The notes: generated from the sequence alone by a model not told the origin. A DNA stretch of 64,000 nt from Histomonas meleagridis 2922-C6/04-290x (GCA_020184695.1 JAANOX010000205.1:1-64000); one strand, 5' to 3'; shown: positions 1 through 11,553, numbered from the stretch's first letter. A program made the numbers and translations.

Positions 1-106
1 GACCAAATATAACTCATAAAAAGGGTGCTTTTGGCTAATGTATTTGGTACTAGCGATGACAGTTAGTAATGAAGTTGAAAAAAATAAAATTGATCAAAAA
101 ACTTGT

Positions 107-826
107 TTAGATCATTCTGAGAACAAGTTGATCGATGAGGTTTTCGCGATTGCCATAGTCTCCGCCCTCAACGTAGTGGCGACGTGGTTGACGGAATCCG
201 CCCTTTGGTGTGTTAAGTTGGAATGGCCAGAGGAACCTGTTAGCAACGGTGAAGTTTGGACCACATGTGTAGATTTCGTGGGCAACATCTTCAACTGATT
301 CAATTCCGAACTTTCCTAATGTTGCGTATACGATATCATTAGATGTGAGTGGGAGACGTTGACCATTGACAGCAGCAAAGCCACGTTTGAAGATGAGTTG
401 GCGAACTACTTCAGGTGATGGATATCCATATGCAACATATGATTCTACGCGCTTAAGCATCTCGAGGGTTGCCTTGTTAATGCGGATGAAAACAGCGTTG
501 AGTCTTTGGCGAAGGCGGAAGAGTTGGAGGATCTTGCGTGTTCTTGGGTCAATTCCCTTAAGACCACGGATACGGATAACAAGAGCAACCTTAGCTTCAG
601 CTGGAACATAGAAAGCACCCTCTGCAGCGGCCTTATTCTTAGCTTCAATGATGGCCTTTTCGTTAGCAACGAGTTCTTGTGCATATTTCTTGGAACGTTC
701 TAATATACGTTCAGCACGAGCTTGAGCTTCTTGAGCAAGAACATCGCGCTTCTTAATGTATTCAGCGGATTCTTTTTCCTTGCGTTCTTGGATCTTGCGG
801 AGTGTTTCTGGCAATGGCTTCGACAT
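107..826 (-). CDS. RPL7: 60S ribosomal protein L7 (uL30)
   Basis: 239-aa ORF with eukaryotic L7 motifs (FYVPAEAKVALVIRIRG, LQLFRLRQ, YVAYGYP, NRFLWPFQL, HYVEGGDYGNRE); ends in TAA. Confidence 0.96.
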   Translation of the reverse strand: MSKPLPETLRKIQERKEKESAEYIKKRDVLAQEAQARAERILERSKKYAQELVANEKAIIEAKNKAAAEGAFYVPAEAKVALVIRIRGLKGIDPRTRKILQLFRLRQRLNAVFIRINKATLEMLKRVESYVAYGYPSPEVVRQLIFKRGFAAVNGQRLPLTSNDIVYATLGKFGIESVEDVAHEIYTCGPNFTVANRFLWPFQLNTPKGGFRQPRRHYVEGGDYGNRENLIDQLVLRMI

Positions 827-860
827 GAAAAGGAAGGACCAAAACCGCTGAAACCGTTTA
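827..860 (-). promoter_or_regulatory. Parabasalid-type core promoter: CCTTT (M5-like) just before the ATG, preceded by two RRCGGTT (M3-like) boxes
   Basis: Minus strand reads TAAACGGTTTCAGCGGTTTTGGTCCTTCCTTTTC-ATG. M3 and M5 are described T. vaginalis core promoter motifs; the assignment here is by pattern match only. Confidence 0.6.
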
Positions 861-881
861 AATTTCCTTCTGTTTTAACAC

Positions 882-1908
882 ATATTAAACTCGACTTGCG
901 ATTTTGTACGAACGAATATAGCTATCATCCTACGATCTTGATATGATGGATATATAATACACATAGTTGCATCTCTGATTAATTTAAATCTAAGAATAAT
1001 ATCATGATTAGCACAAGATAAACTCATTTTTTTTATCTTATAAAGTGACAAAATCGACTTTTGCATGGTTTATGTTGAACGACAGAGGCAACGATAAGTA
1101 CCGATAGGAGCAAATTTGAATGATGGTAAATATTATCAAATTTTTACCCCCTATTCCAAAAAATACGTTATTCATATCCGAAAAGTGTCTTGAGTTTCTA
1201 TGCTTTATTTAATCTACCATTGGTATCACATGATGATGATGGCAGTTAAATTAAATGATCCTTGGTTTGTTGAGAAAAAACTATAAATTTATCACCTAGG
1301 ATTTATTAGTTTTGCTTTTATATCTATATTAATTTTTAAATTCTTCTTCATTATATTTTGGATTTTGTTAAATTTTGAAATTATTGTTATTCAAAATAAC
1401 AATATCATTTAATTTAGTGATTTAAAATTGAAAAAATATCAAATAAGTCTTATAAACTATCATAAAATTATAAAATCATAATTATACTAAATTTTTTTTT
1501 GAATAGATTTTATATAAAATTTCATATGGAAATTATTAATTATCTTTTATTATTTTGCATCATTTGGAAATATAAAAATTAATTCAAGTACGATTGTACT
1601 TTGGGGTTACTTGTTAAGAATATTAATACAATATATTAAACTCGACTTGGGATTTCCACCCATCGTATATAATGATCATCCTACGATCTTGATATCATGA
1701 ATATAATATATATACATGGTTGCATCTATGATTAATATAAATCTAAGTATAATATCATAATTAGCACGAGATAAATCTATTCTTTCATTCCAAAAAGTGA
1801 CAAAAATCGACTTTTGCATGGTTTATGCTGAACGATAGCAGCAAATTTGAATGATGGTAAATATTATCAAAATTTTACCCTTTATCGAAAAGATACGTTA
1901 TTTACATC
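882..1908 (+). repeat. Diverged ~290-bp direct repeat (about 882-1176 and 1633-1908), with a short third relic near 2530-2560
   Basis: Both copies share ATATTAAACTCGACTTG, ATCATCCTACGATCTTGATAT, AAATCGACTTTTGCATGGTTTATG and GCAAATTTGAATGATGGTAAATATTATCAAA. Confidence 0.85.
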
Positions 1909-2614
1909 ATTTATCATAGAATCGTGATTTGTTATTTATTCCGAATAATTATATGAAATATTGATTTTCTTGAATTTATGAATTTATTGAAAAAATGAAT
2001 GATATGATAATTTTCGTAATGCCTTAATGATATACTTATTTAACCTGATTAATAATTTATAATTAATAAAATAGTTTCTGTATGAGTCCATTCTAGAGAT
2101 ATCTTGGCACAAACTATATATTTTTTTCTGAACAGAACGATTTATGATCATTGAATTTATCTGATGATTTTATTTATTTATTTATTTTTATTTTCCTATT
2201 TTGACAAAATGTTCAATTTTATTGAATAAATATCTATACAAATGCAATTTGCAAATTATCTTTGAAATACTGACTTGAGATGCATTTATCGATCCCTTTT
2301 ATCTCATTTTACTCACGTGCTTTCAAATTTCAAATATATTACATTTTTCAATTTATCTGACATTCTATGTAATGATGTTGATTTCTCTATTTTTCTGATT
2401 ATGATTCAATACAACCGTTTCTTGAGCAAGCTTTATTCTAAAATTGTCTTTGAGAACGATACGAGCTGATTGAGTGGTTTTTATACGTCCACTCATTCAA
2501 ATTTGACTTCGAACCGCTTGAACATGTAAAATGATATCAATAACTTATAATCGGATTATAATCGTATATAGCGATCATCCTACTTTCTTGATATTATAGA
2601 TTAATTGCATTGGA

Positions 2615-3043
2615 ATGAGCACATCAAAGATAAATTCCTTTCCAGACTTAATTGCACTTACAGAAATAATTTATAACATAAATACAAACAAACTTGATAC
2701 ATCTGTTTCTTCATTACGAGAATTTTATGATAATTCACGAACGTATTCATTCAACTTAATCATCTGCCGTTTCATTTACACTTTGTTTGTAACAAGCCTG
2801 AAAAATATTAATAAAATTATTGAATTTTTGAATTTAATTGAACGAGATGTAAATAAAAATCAAGTTAAAATAATTGACATTTTTTCTCAATTCCTTTGGA
2901 AAAATAACTCACAAGAATCTGGTTATCTTATCGGAAAGTTGATTGAAAAAGGTTTAATTAACTCATCGATTACTAAAAAATATGAAAAATTTATTTCATA
3001 TATTATTATTAACGCATTAAATTTGATCAATATTATTATATGA
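2615..3043 (+). pseudogene. Truncated paralogue of the N-terminal domain of the DUF3447/ankyrin genes
   Basis: YSFNLIICRFIYTLFV...KIIDIFSQFL...ESGYLIGKLIEKGLI aligns by eye with the N-termini at 4672, 14506 and 49846; no DUF3447 or ankyrin part follows. Confidence 0.55.
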
Positions 3044-3563
3044 ATCAAAATTTGATAAATAGAATATTTTATATCAAATTTAATTGTATGATCATCATAT
3101 AATTTGATGTAATTTTTGTGAAAAAAATGATGAAAAATTCATAACAACAAAAAATTAAAAATTACTCATTGTATTATTTACTCTTAAAGTTTAATGGAAA
3201 TCTATTGAGTACACCTTTTAGTTTATATATTGATAGATGACGATAGAAACCGATAGACGAACGATAGATGATCTATAAGTAAAAATTTTTGTTATTTGAA
3301 TCTGTAAAAAAAAATTTGAATAATGCATTGAACAAATTTTGTTGTTTTCTGATTTTGGAAATATTATGGAATTATAAAAGTGAAATAATTTTTAAAGTTT
3401 TAATGTGATTTCATTATTCATTTCTGTATAAAGAGTTTATTATAAGCAATAATGAATTCACAGTAGGAAAATATATATAAATTGTTCAAGTAAAACTAAA
3501 AAGATTAAATTTTTATTAGTTGCTAATGCTTTTTTGTTTCTTTGCTTCTTTTCTTTTCATCAA

Positions 3564-4060
3564 CTACAAAATCAATGTCAGTAAAGTAACCAACGAAATG
3601 AACACATTTGCAACCTTAAATATTACTATCACGTCAGCATCTTTTAATAACATCAAAATTATCGAAACACATGCAGAAGTTGGAACTCTCAACAATCCCA
3701 AGATATAACCACGCACATCTTTAGGGTAAGTATTAGACTGAAGTATAAGATTGAAAGTTCCTGCCCCGCCATCACATATCACAGCAATTATGTAACAGCG
3801 AAAACGAAATTTTTATTCGCGAAAAAGACCACAATTCCATACATTCAAAACGTATAAAAAAGATAACAAATAAACAAAACATTTTTCTGTGACAACACGT
3901 TTGAAAAAGCACCGAATATCTGTGCTCCATTCATAAGCGCTAAACTACTTGCAGTATTCATTGTGACAACGGAAATTTTTCCTTTTTATCAACTTGATAA
4001 AATCGTAACCAACGCGGAGTATACAATAAAACAAATGTTTTCTTTATCTATAGATAAGTA
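3564..4060 (-). pseudogene. Degenerate MFS-type membrane transporter fragment
   Basis: C-terminal YPKDVRGYILGLLRVP plus hydrophobic helices; the upstream hydrophobic frame has several stops and a frameshift. Confidence 0.45.
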
Positions 4061-4243
4061 AAACAAGCGCCAATTCTTTCGATTGTTGGATATGATGGAA
4101 AATAAGTTAAATGCAATAATAAAAGAATTCTTACTAAGTTAGTAACAAACAAAATATCGGATCTGGAAATTATTGAGCCAAGTTGATTTTTACCTTTTAG
4201 ATTTAAACCACTTAACTAACTTCATGATAAATGATTTTTATTA

Positions 4244-4429
4244 TTACAGAAATAATCTCATATGCGACCAAACTCTTGAGTACTTATCTGACTTTACGTT
4301 TTTATCTCTTTCGTTCTCAATTTTTAGTCTTCGACAATACATTATAACAAACCTACTAAAAATAATTAAAGCTATAAGTAGTGTTCCAATAGCTACTACG
4401 GTGAGAATTAAATTAGCTTTGCTTGTCAT
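4244..4429 (-). CDS. Possible small single-pass membrane protein
   Basis: ATG-initiated 61 aa with one hydrophobic helix followed by basic residues; no recognised family. Confidence 0.25.
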   Translation of the reverse strand: MTSKANLILTVVAIGTLLIALIIFSRFVIMYCRRLKIENERDKNVKSDKYSRVWSHMRLFL

Positions 4430-4671
4430 TATTCCAGATGTTTTTGTGAAATTTGATGAATTTTTATCTTGAGAGATTTTACACATTTGTCTGTTTTTAT
4501 CTTTTACAACTAAATTTGTTCTCTGGAATTTTGTTGATATCTTTGGATTTGATTTTATTTTGAAGAAAAATAAAACCAAAATCAGAATATGAAAAAAGTA
4601 AACTGCTCAAAAAAGATCTTTCAGGATGACGATACATATCGTTCATTTGAAATCAAAAAAGTTACATTTCG

Positions 4672-7490
4672 ATGACTGAAGGCACACAAACACTTGAATC
4701 AGAAAATGAAGCAAATAATACATCAATTAAAAGCCAATCTATATATATGCAAAAGTTGATTTCTTTAGAACAGGTTATATTTAATCTTACAGAAAAAAAC
4801 TTTGAAATTTCTGTTGCAAAAACAATGAATTTATATGATAAAGATATTCCTTTCACATTTAATTATTGTATAATTGTTTTAGTATATTCAGCATTTTCAT
4901 CTCAAAGAGAATCAATTCAAACATATTTCAATTTTTTGCAAGAAATTCAAACACAAGAAGAAGCAATTCTTCACAACAATCCAAAAATTATTGAAATTTT
5001 TACTAATTATATATCAGAATTTAATACACAAGAGACATATTATATCATTGAAAAAATGATTGAAAACGAATTAATTAATATAAATATTACCAAAAACTTT
5101 AATACCAATTATTTTGCACATTATAAAACTGAAGAAGAAAACAAGAAAAACGATTCTAATTCATTAAATGAAGAATTTACAAATAATTATGAAAAATTAT
5201 CAAAGAATGATTGGGAACTTCATAAGCAATTAGTTAAAGAAGGAGTTAATCCGAACGAAATATCAAAAATCATTCGAAATGATGATATAGAGAAACTTCA
5301 AGAATTATCAACACAAGAAGATTTTGATTATAATCAAACTATTAAACCATCACTTTATGAAAGATATTCATTTATTAACAAAGAAAATGTTACATTAATT
5401 GATTTTGCAGCATTTTTTGGAGCAATTCAATGTTTTAAATTTTTATTAATGAATAATGCAAAAGTTGAAAACACAGGTAAATATGCAATCGCAGGTGGAA
5501 ATCTTGAAATTATATATTTATGTGAACAAAATCATTCGACATTTAACGATGTTTATGAAATAGCAATTAAATTTCATCGAAATGATATCTTTAAATATAT
5601 TTATGAAAACAAAATCGAAAAACTAGATCAAAACAATCAACAACATTTATTAACATATGTAATTACAAACAAAATTCCATTTAAAAACTTTGGATATTAT
5701 ATTAGTAACACACAAACATTAACTGATATTAAATTCCAAGAACAAATTTATCAATGTATTAACATTGGTAATTATGAAATTCTTTCATTTTTAGAAGAAG
5801 AAATCAAATTCGATGAATATATAATTAATGTATCAGCGAAAACAGGTAATTTATATCTTGTCGAATATTTTCTTGATCATAATCAAATTCCGAAAAACAT
5901 TTTAGTTTTCGCAGTAGAATCAGGAAATATTGAACTTGTTCAATATCTTATTAAACAAGAAGGAATTGATATTAATGCTAAAAATATTAATTTGTTTGTA
6001 TTAAAATATGTTTTAATGTTTTGATATTTTAGAATAATATTTGGAATTTTATTAAATTATTTAGAACATCTTTAATGATAGCAACTATAAAAGGTTATAT
6101 AGAAATTGTTCAATTTCTTATAGAACAAGAAGGAATTAACTTTAAACTAAAAGATATTCGTATGTATTATACAAAATTGATATTATAATTTTTGGGTTTA
6201 AAAAAGATATTTGGAATTTAATTGTTATATTTGATACCGCACTTTTATTGGCATCTCGAAATGATCAAACTGAAATATTTAAAATACTTCTTATAAAAGA
6301 AGAAAACATTAATTATAAAAACATTGTTTATGTTTATTTTATGTTGGCTACAATAAATTGATATTTTAAATATATATTCGGTAATTATTTTCAATATTTA
6401 AATCAATATTATATTTTGAAACTGAAAAAAATCACATCGAAATGGTTAAATTACTTCTTGAACAAGAAAAAATTGATATTAATGTTAAAGATGTTTATTT
6501 ATTTTATTTAATATATATTTCAACAATTTACAATTTAAAAACAATATTTGGAATTTAATTAAGTTATTTAAAACACCACTTATTTTAGCAGTTTCAAGTA
6601 AACATTTTGAAATGGTTAAGTTACTTCTTGAACAAAAAGGAATTAACATTAATGCTAAAGATATTTATTCATTATTTATAATATTATTTATAATATATGA
6701 AATTCCAAAATAGTATTTGGAAATTATTTAAATTATTTAATACAGCACTTACTTATTCAATTTCAAATGAAAATTTTGAAACATTTAAGTTACTTCTTGA
6801 GCAAAAAGATATTGACATTAATGTTAGAGGTATTTATTTGTTTTATTTCATATTTGTTTCAATAGTTTCATATTCCAAAATAATATTTGGAAATTATTCG
6901 AATTATTCGAGGCACCTCTATATATAGCATTCAAAAAAAGTTATACCGAAATAATCAATTTACTTCTTCAACAAGAAAGAATTAATGTTAACGTTTCAGA
7001 CATATATTTATTTTATACGATATTTATTTTAATAATTTGATATTTCAAAATAATATTTGGAAATTATTTAAATTATTTTGGACTGCACTTATGAAAGCAT
7101 CTTGGAACGGTCATACAGAAATAGTTAAATTACTTCTTGAACAAAAGGGAATTGATATTAATGCTAAAGATATTTATTTGTTTTATTTAAAATTTATTTT
7201 AATAATTTTATAATTCAAAATAATATTTGGAAATTATTTAAAATATTTCAAACAGCACTTATGAATGCATCATGTAATAATGATATAGAAGTGGTTAAAT
7301 TACTTCTTGAACAAGAAGGAATTGATATTAATGCTAAAAATATTTATTTGTTTTATTTAATATTTATTTTAATAATTTTCTATCTCAAATTAATATTTGG
7401 AAATTATTTAAATTATTTAAAACAGCACTTATGTGGGCATCGAGATATGGTAATACAGAAATCGTTAAATTATTAAATTCTCAAATCTAA
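4672..7490 (+). CDS. DUF3447-type ankyrin-repeat protein A, with nine ankyrin junctions interrupted by paired non-canonical inserts
   Basis: ORF 4672-6024 has the DUF3447-like block (TLIDFAAFFGAIQCFKFL, KYAIAGGNLEIIYLCEQN). Nine ~170-nt units follow, whose stop-free segments encode ankyrin helices; the last ends LLNSQI-TAA at 7490. Confidence 0.85.
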
Positions 7491-7626
7491 AAATTCTAGA
7501 AATGATTTGCTCATAAATTCATTTTCTAAAAAGTTTACACATCTAAAAAATTAATTATCTATCACAATTTGAATTAGATGCAGATCAAAAATTATCTAAA
7601 TGTATTATTTTTTTGCCGCAAGAAGC

Positions 7627-7924
7627 AACCACATTTGAAAAACATAAGTGTACATATGGAAACTTCCCCATTCATAATGGGTCAAATTGTTACTCAAAAA
7701 CTGAAAGAAGAAAAACTTAATAGAATTCCTCACCCATCTAAGCCTATGCGATTTTTGGTTCTTTGGAATGACAAAGGAAAACCTAAAGAGTGTGAAGATA
7801 AATTCAGAAGAAGATTCAAAATGAAATTATATGCATGTTCGAAGGTGTCACTTTTGAAGAGCTTCAAATGATGTTTGAAGCATGGATAAAAAGACTTGAA
7901 TGGGTGATTAATAATCGTAATTAA
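7627..7924 (+). mobile_element. Degenerate mariner-type transposase C-terminal fragment
   Basis: Across frameshifts reads KNISVHMET...KLNRIPHP...SLCDFWFFG...FEAWIKRLEWVI, matching the mariner HxDNA...PHPPYSPDLSPCDFWLFG...W..RL..VI consensus. Confidence 0.65.
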
Positions 7925-8999
7925 GAATAAAAGTTAAAGAAAAAAAAATATCTCTTATTGAAATTAGAAATTATTGAAATAAATTTTAAATAAAACATAT
8001 AAATATTTTTAGCATTAATATCAATTCCTTTTTGCTTTAAAATGTATGTAACAAGTTCAATATTTCCTGAAAATGAAGCAAAAACTAAAATATCTTCTGG
8101 AAGTTGATTATTTTTAAGGAAATATTTTACAAGAAAAATATTTCCAATTTTTACTGCCTCATTAATGATATTTTCATTAATTTTCATTCCTTCTTTTTCT
8201 AAATATGTAAAAATTTCATAATTAAAATATGAATTGCATTTTTCTCCTAATTTTTTTAATTGATTAATATCTTCAATTTTATTTTCATAAAAATATTTAA
8301 AGATCTCATTTTGATGAAACGTAATTGATGTTCATATGCATCTTCAAATGATGAATGATTTTGTTCGCATAAATGAATAATTTCTTCATTTCCACCAGCA
8401 ATTGCATATTTACCTGTGTTATTAATATTTGCACCATTCATAAGTAAATATTTAAAACATTTTATTGCAGAAAAAAATGCTGCAGAATCAATTAATGTAA
8501 CATTTTCTTGATTAACAAAATCACATCTTTCATAAAGTGATGGTTCAATTATTTGGTTAAAATCAAAATTTGTTTGTGATGATATTTCTTGAAGTTTTTC
8601 TATTTCATCATTTCGAATTATTTTAGCAATTTCTTTTGGATTAACTCCTTCTTCAATTAATTGCTGATGAAGTGCAAAATTATTCTTCGAAAGTTCTTCA
8701 TAAGCAATATTTTATTGATCAAATAAATATTTATATTCATCTTATTTATCTTGATTAATATGAACAAAAAATGGTTTATGTATATTTTGGATGATTTTTG
8801 ATTCAAGTAAATTATACTTAATCATGTAATTAAGTAAATGAAATGATTCTTGTGTGTTTCTTTTAAGTAGAAATTGAGAAAATAAATTTATTATTTTTGT
8901 GTTGATTTTATTATTTTCTTCACATTTTTCAATTTCTTGTAATAATCTCAAATATATATCAAAATTATTATTGCTAATCAGAAGAGATGTATATATCAT
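7921..8999 (-). pseudogene. DUF3447/ankyrin paralogue B, fragmented and 3'-truncated
   Basis: Homologous blocks (TQESFHLL, GVNPKEIAKIIRND, KYAIAGGNEEIIHLCEQN, GIDINAKNI) are broken by stops and frameshifts; it ends just after its first ankyrin insert. Confidence 0.8.
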
Positions 9000-9034
9000 T
9001 CGGATTATATTGATATCATAAGATATTGGATATT

Positions 9035-9951
9035 CTATACTGTGTGTATAGAAACTGTATTTCCTTCGTATCGTTCGCCGATGGACTCATTCTGAAGTTT
9101 ATCAAAAACACAATTTTGGATTTTTTTGAAGCAATCTGAGCTATAAACAGAGATATCACTTGATGATTTGCCATTGGAACCTGAAAAGAAGCAATCTTCA
9201 ACATGTGGTCTATTCATCCATTAAAAGAAAGTAATTACTGATCCTTCAGAGCCAGATGTATTATTATAAAATTGACAGTGATGATATTATACCAAGACAA
9301 ATTTTTCAGATCAGTCCCAAGTTGCACCAAATTAGGAGCATAAGTATTTTTGATCATAACAAATTTCATTATTGGCATTGTGAACTCGAAACATACTGTA
9401 AGTTTTGGCTTCACAATGAGTTAAGTTTGTATAAGAAATACTTGAAGTGTATGATGTTTCTTTTAGTGATCCTGAAAATATTGCTCCAAATCTTTCAGCA
9501 AAACTCCCAGTGATTAAGAGTACTCAAGAGGAAAAGGCTATGAAAACTTGCTATAAAGAGATCCGCCGTAGAGAGATGAACAGTTTTTGAAAATACAATT
9601 ATGGATTGTTATGTTTGAATCAGAAGCTTTAACTGCTCCTCCATATTCACTTGATACGCATTTGTTAAACACGCAGCTATCAAAGTGAGCACAGACGTTA
9701 TCATAAACCTGTTGGTTTCTTATCGATTTACATTTCAATCCAGCACTGAATTCTAAAACAGTGCTACTTATAGACTGTGTGCAAAAGGAGATGATTGGTA
9801 ACAATTTTGGAAATAAAGAGTATTGAATTATATTTTTATAACATTTTTTAAATTTTGCTTTGTCGAAACTAAATAAAATATATGTTTTGATTGTTTTGTT
9901 ATTTGGAACAGAGGCGATTGAAATGCGTCTGACCTCAGAAACAGAAAACAA
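9035..9951 (-). pseudogene. Fragmented beta-helix/Pmp-like protein
   Basis: FDSCVFNKC..YGGAV..ITIHNCIFKNC..YGGSLY repeats; continues through frameshifts (FAERFGAIF, VEDCFFSG). Confidence 0.45.
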
Positions 9952-10887
9952 ATAAATACTAAGGAATTGTTATATGAAAAATAATTATCTTGAATAAATA
10001 TTTAAAATATATTATGGCTAATGTTTAATCATAAAGAGTTCTCTTTTTCTGTTTCAAAGTATTGGATCAAGATAAAAATGACTTCTAAATTAACAATTGT
10101 TGTAACAATTTGTGTGAACACTTAAAATATAAAATTTCTCTGACCATATCCTCACGGAAGCATTTAACACTATAAATATGATTATCTCCGGTTTTATTTC
10201 CAATTCTTTGATTGACTTTTTTTGATACAAATGAAACAAACGAAATAAGAAACTATTATTATTTCCCAATTATATGAAGTAATTTCTATATTATTAAGAT
10301 ACGAGTTATTGAAAACAATATCTGTAAAACAATAATTACAAAATAATATTCAATCTTTAATTAGAAATGATTTATTTCGCAAACAGCTTTAAGAGTTTTC
10401 TAATGTAAATCTCATTAGAGATTTCATCAATTATTATAAATGCATAAACATAATTCAAATTCTTAAATTCTCAAATTTCTCGCGCAAAACACCACTAACT
10501 AAGGAAAAATAAAAAATTAATTCATCCTGTTCAATTCTATTCTTTAACAAAATTATTAATTCATAAAAAAATTTAAGAAATATCATTAACATCACTCAAA
10601 GAGCATAAATTTTCTTTTTTTTTGGCGACAGTTTGGTTGGTGGGTACCAACTGGTACAGAAAGAAGTAAAGCATGCTCAAAGTCAGTATTTTCTTAGGCC
10701 AATAGGTGTGTCTTTCGTCTTGCGCACGTTTGTGACCGTATTTTATTATGTGCTACTTGATCATTCAACAGCAAAAACAAGTAAAATACTCATGAAATTA
10801 ATGTAATTATTCTGGTGGATAAAGATACCCCAATAATAGCTCAAAATAATTGATAAAGATCTTGAAATCCAATTATTAATAATGGAT

Positions 10888-11050
10888 CTAATGAGAAACA
10901 AAAGCTGAATAGATGAGTCTAGAAACAAGATAGTTAAATGTATATGGCAGCCTATCTACAAACAAATTAATTGTTGCTTGAACTGATTGATCGAAATTTT
11001 TTTCGTTGAGATTAAAGACAATTGATTCTAATGATTTCGAAAGTTCCATC
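10888..11050 (-). pseudogene. Relic of the DUF3447/ankyrin family N-terminal domain
   Basis: SLESIVFNLNEKNFDQSV...LPYTFNYLVSRLIYSAFVSH* matches gene A SLEQVIFNLTEKNFEISV...IPFTFNYCIIVLVYSAFSS. Confidence 0.5.
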
Positions 11051-11553
11051 AATAAAAAAATGGTTCAAAACTCTGTCAGAAATATTTGTGAGAAAATACA
11101 ATTGTCAGTACCAAAAAAAAATGTCATACGATAGGCATTGGAACCGATAGCGAGGTACAGAGTATTTTGAACTCTCCTCATTTTTTTCATGGAAAGAATA
11201 GTTCCAACTCAACAATTTTCAAAAGATTTCTTCATAACAATAATATGGTAATATGATAATCTATACGTCTGCATATAGTTCAATAAATACCGTTTACAAT
11301 TAATGGAATCTGGTTCAGCATATGATCCAGAATCACCTAGAATTGATACAAAAAGTAGCACAAGTAATAGCAACGCTCAGTTTTATAAAACAACAGGTCA
11401 TCACAGAAAATTTGTTAGAATTTGTGATTTGATCGATGTGATATTTGATGTATGGATCTATTTCTAACAAGGAATTTTGTATTAATAAAATAACGAGAAA
11501 ATTGTAAACAAATTACAATAAAATTGGCTCACCGGTTTACTTTTTTCTTTTAC

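Noticed and set aside
38-1066. Short ORFs overlapping RPL7 and similar antisense or alternate-frame ORFs over the MRH, WNK, WD40, BspA and LTN1 genes
   Set aside because: Shadow ORFs of real genes with no independent motifs.
3228-3280. GATAGA-containing short repeats
   Set aside because: Only 4-5 imperfect copies; low-complexity sequence with no other support.
6697-7476. Small ORFs 6697-6927, 7261-7476, 16532-16741, 48077-48265 and 48354-48554 as independent genes
   Set aside because: They are by-products of the interrupted ankyrin units.
5989-7490. Ankyrin inserts as ordinary GT-AG introns ending at the ACAG of ACA-GCA
   Set aside because: No conserved GT or branch point; ACAG is absent in several units (ACA TCT, TCA ATA, GCA CCT) and is explained by Thr-Ala codons; it would also delete the conserved Gly.
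11040-11200. MULE transposase motif FFIDGTF on the minus strand
   Set aside because: Only a 7-residue match, and it overlaps a better-supported ankyrin-family relic in another frame.
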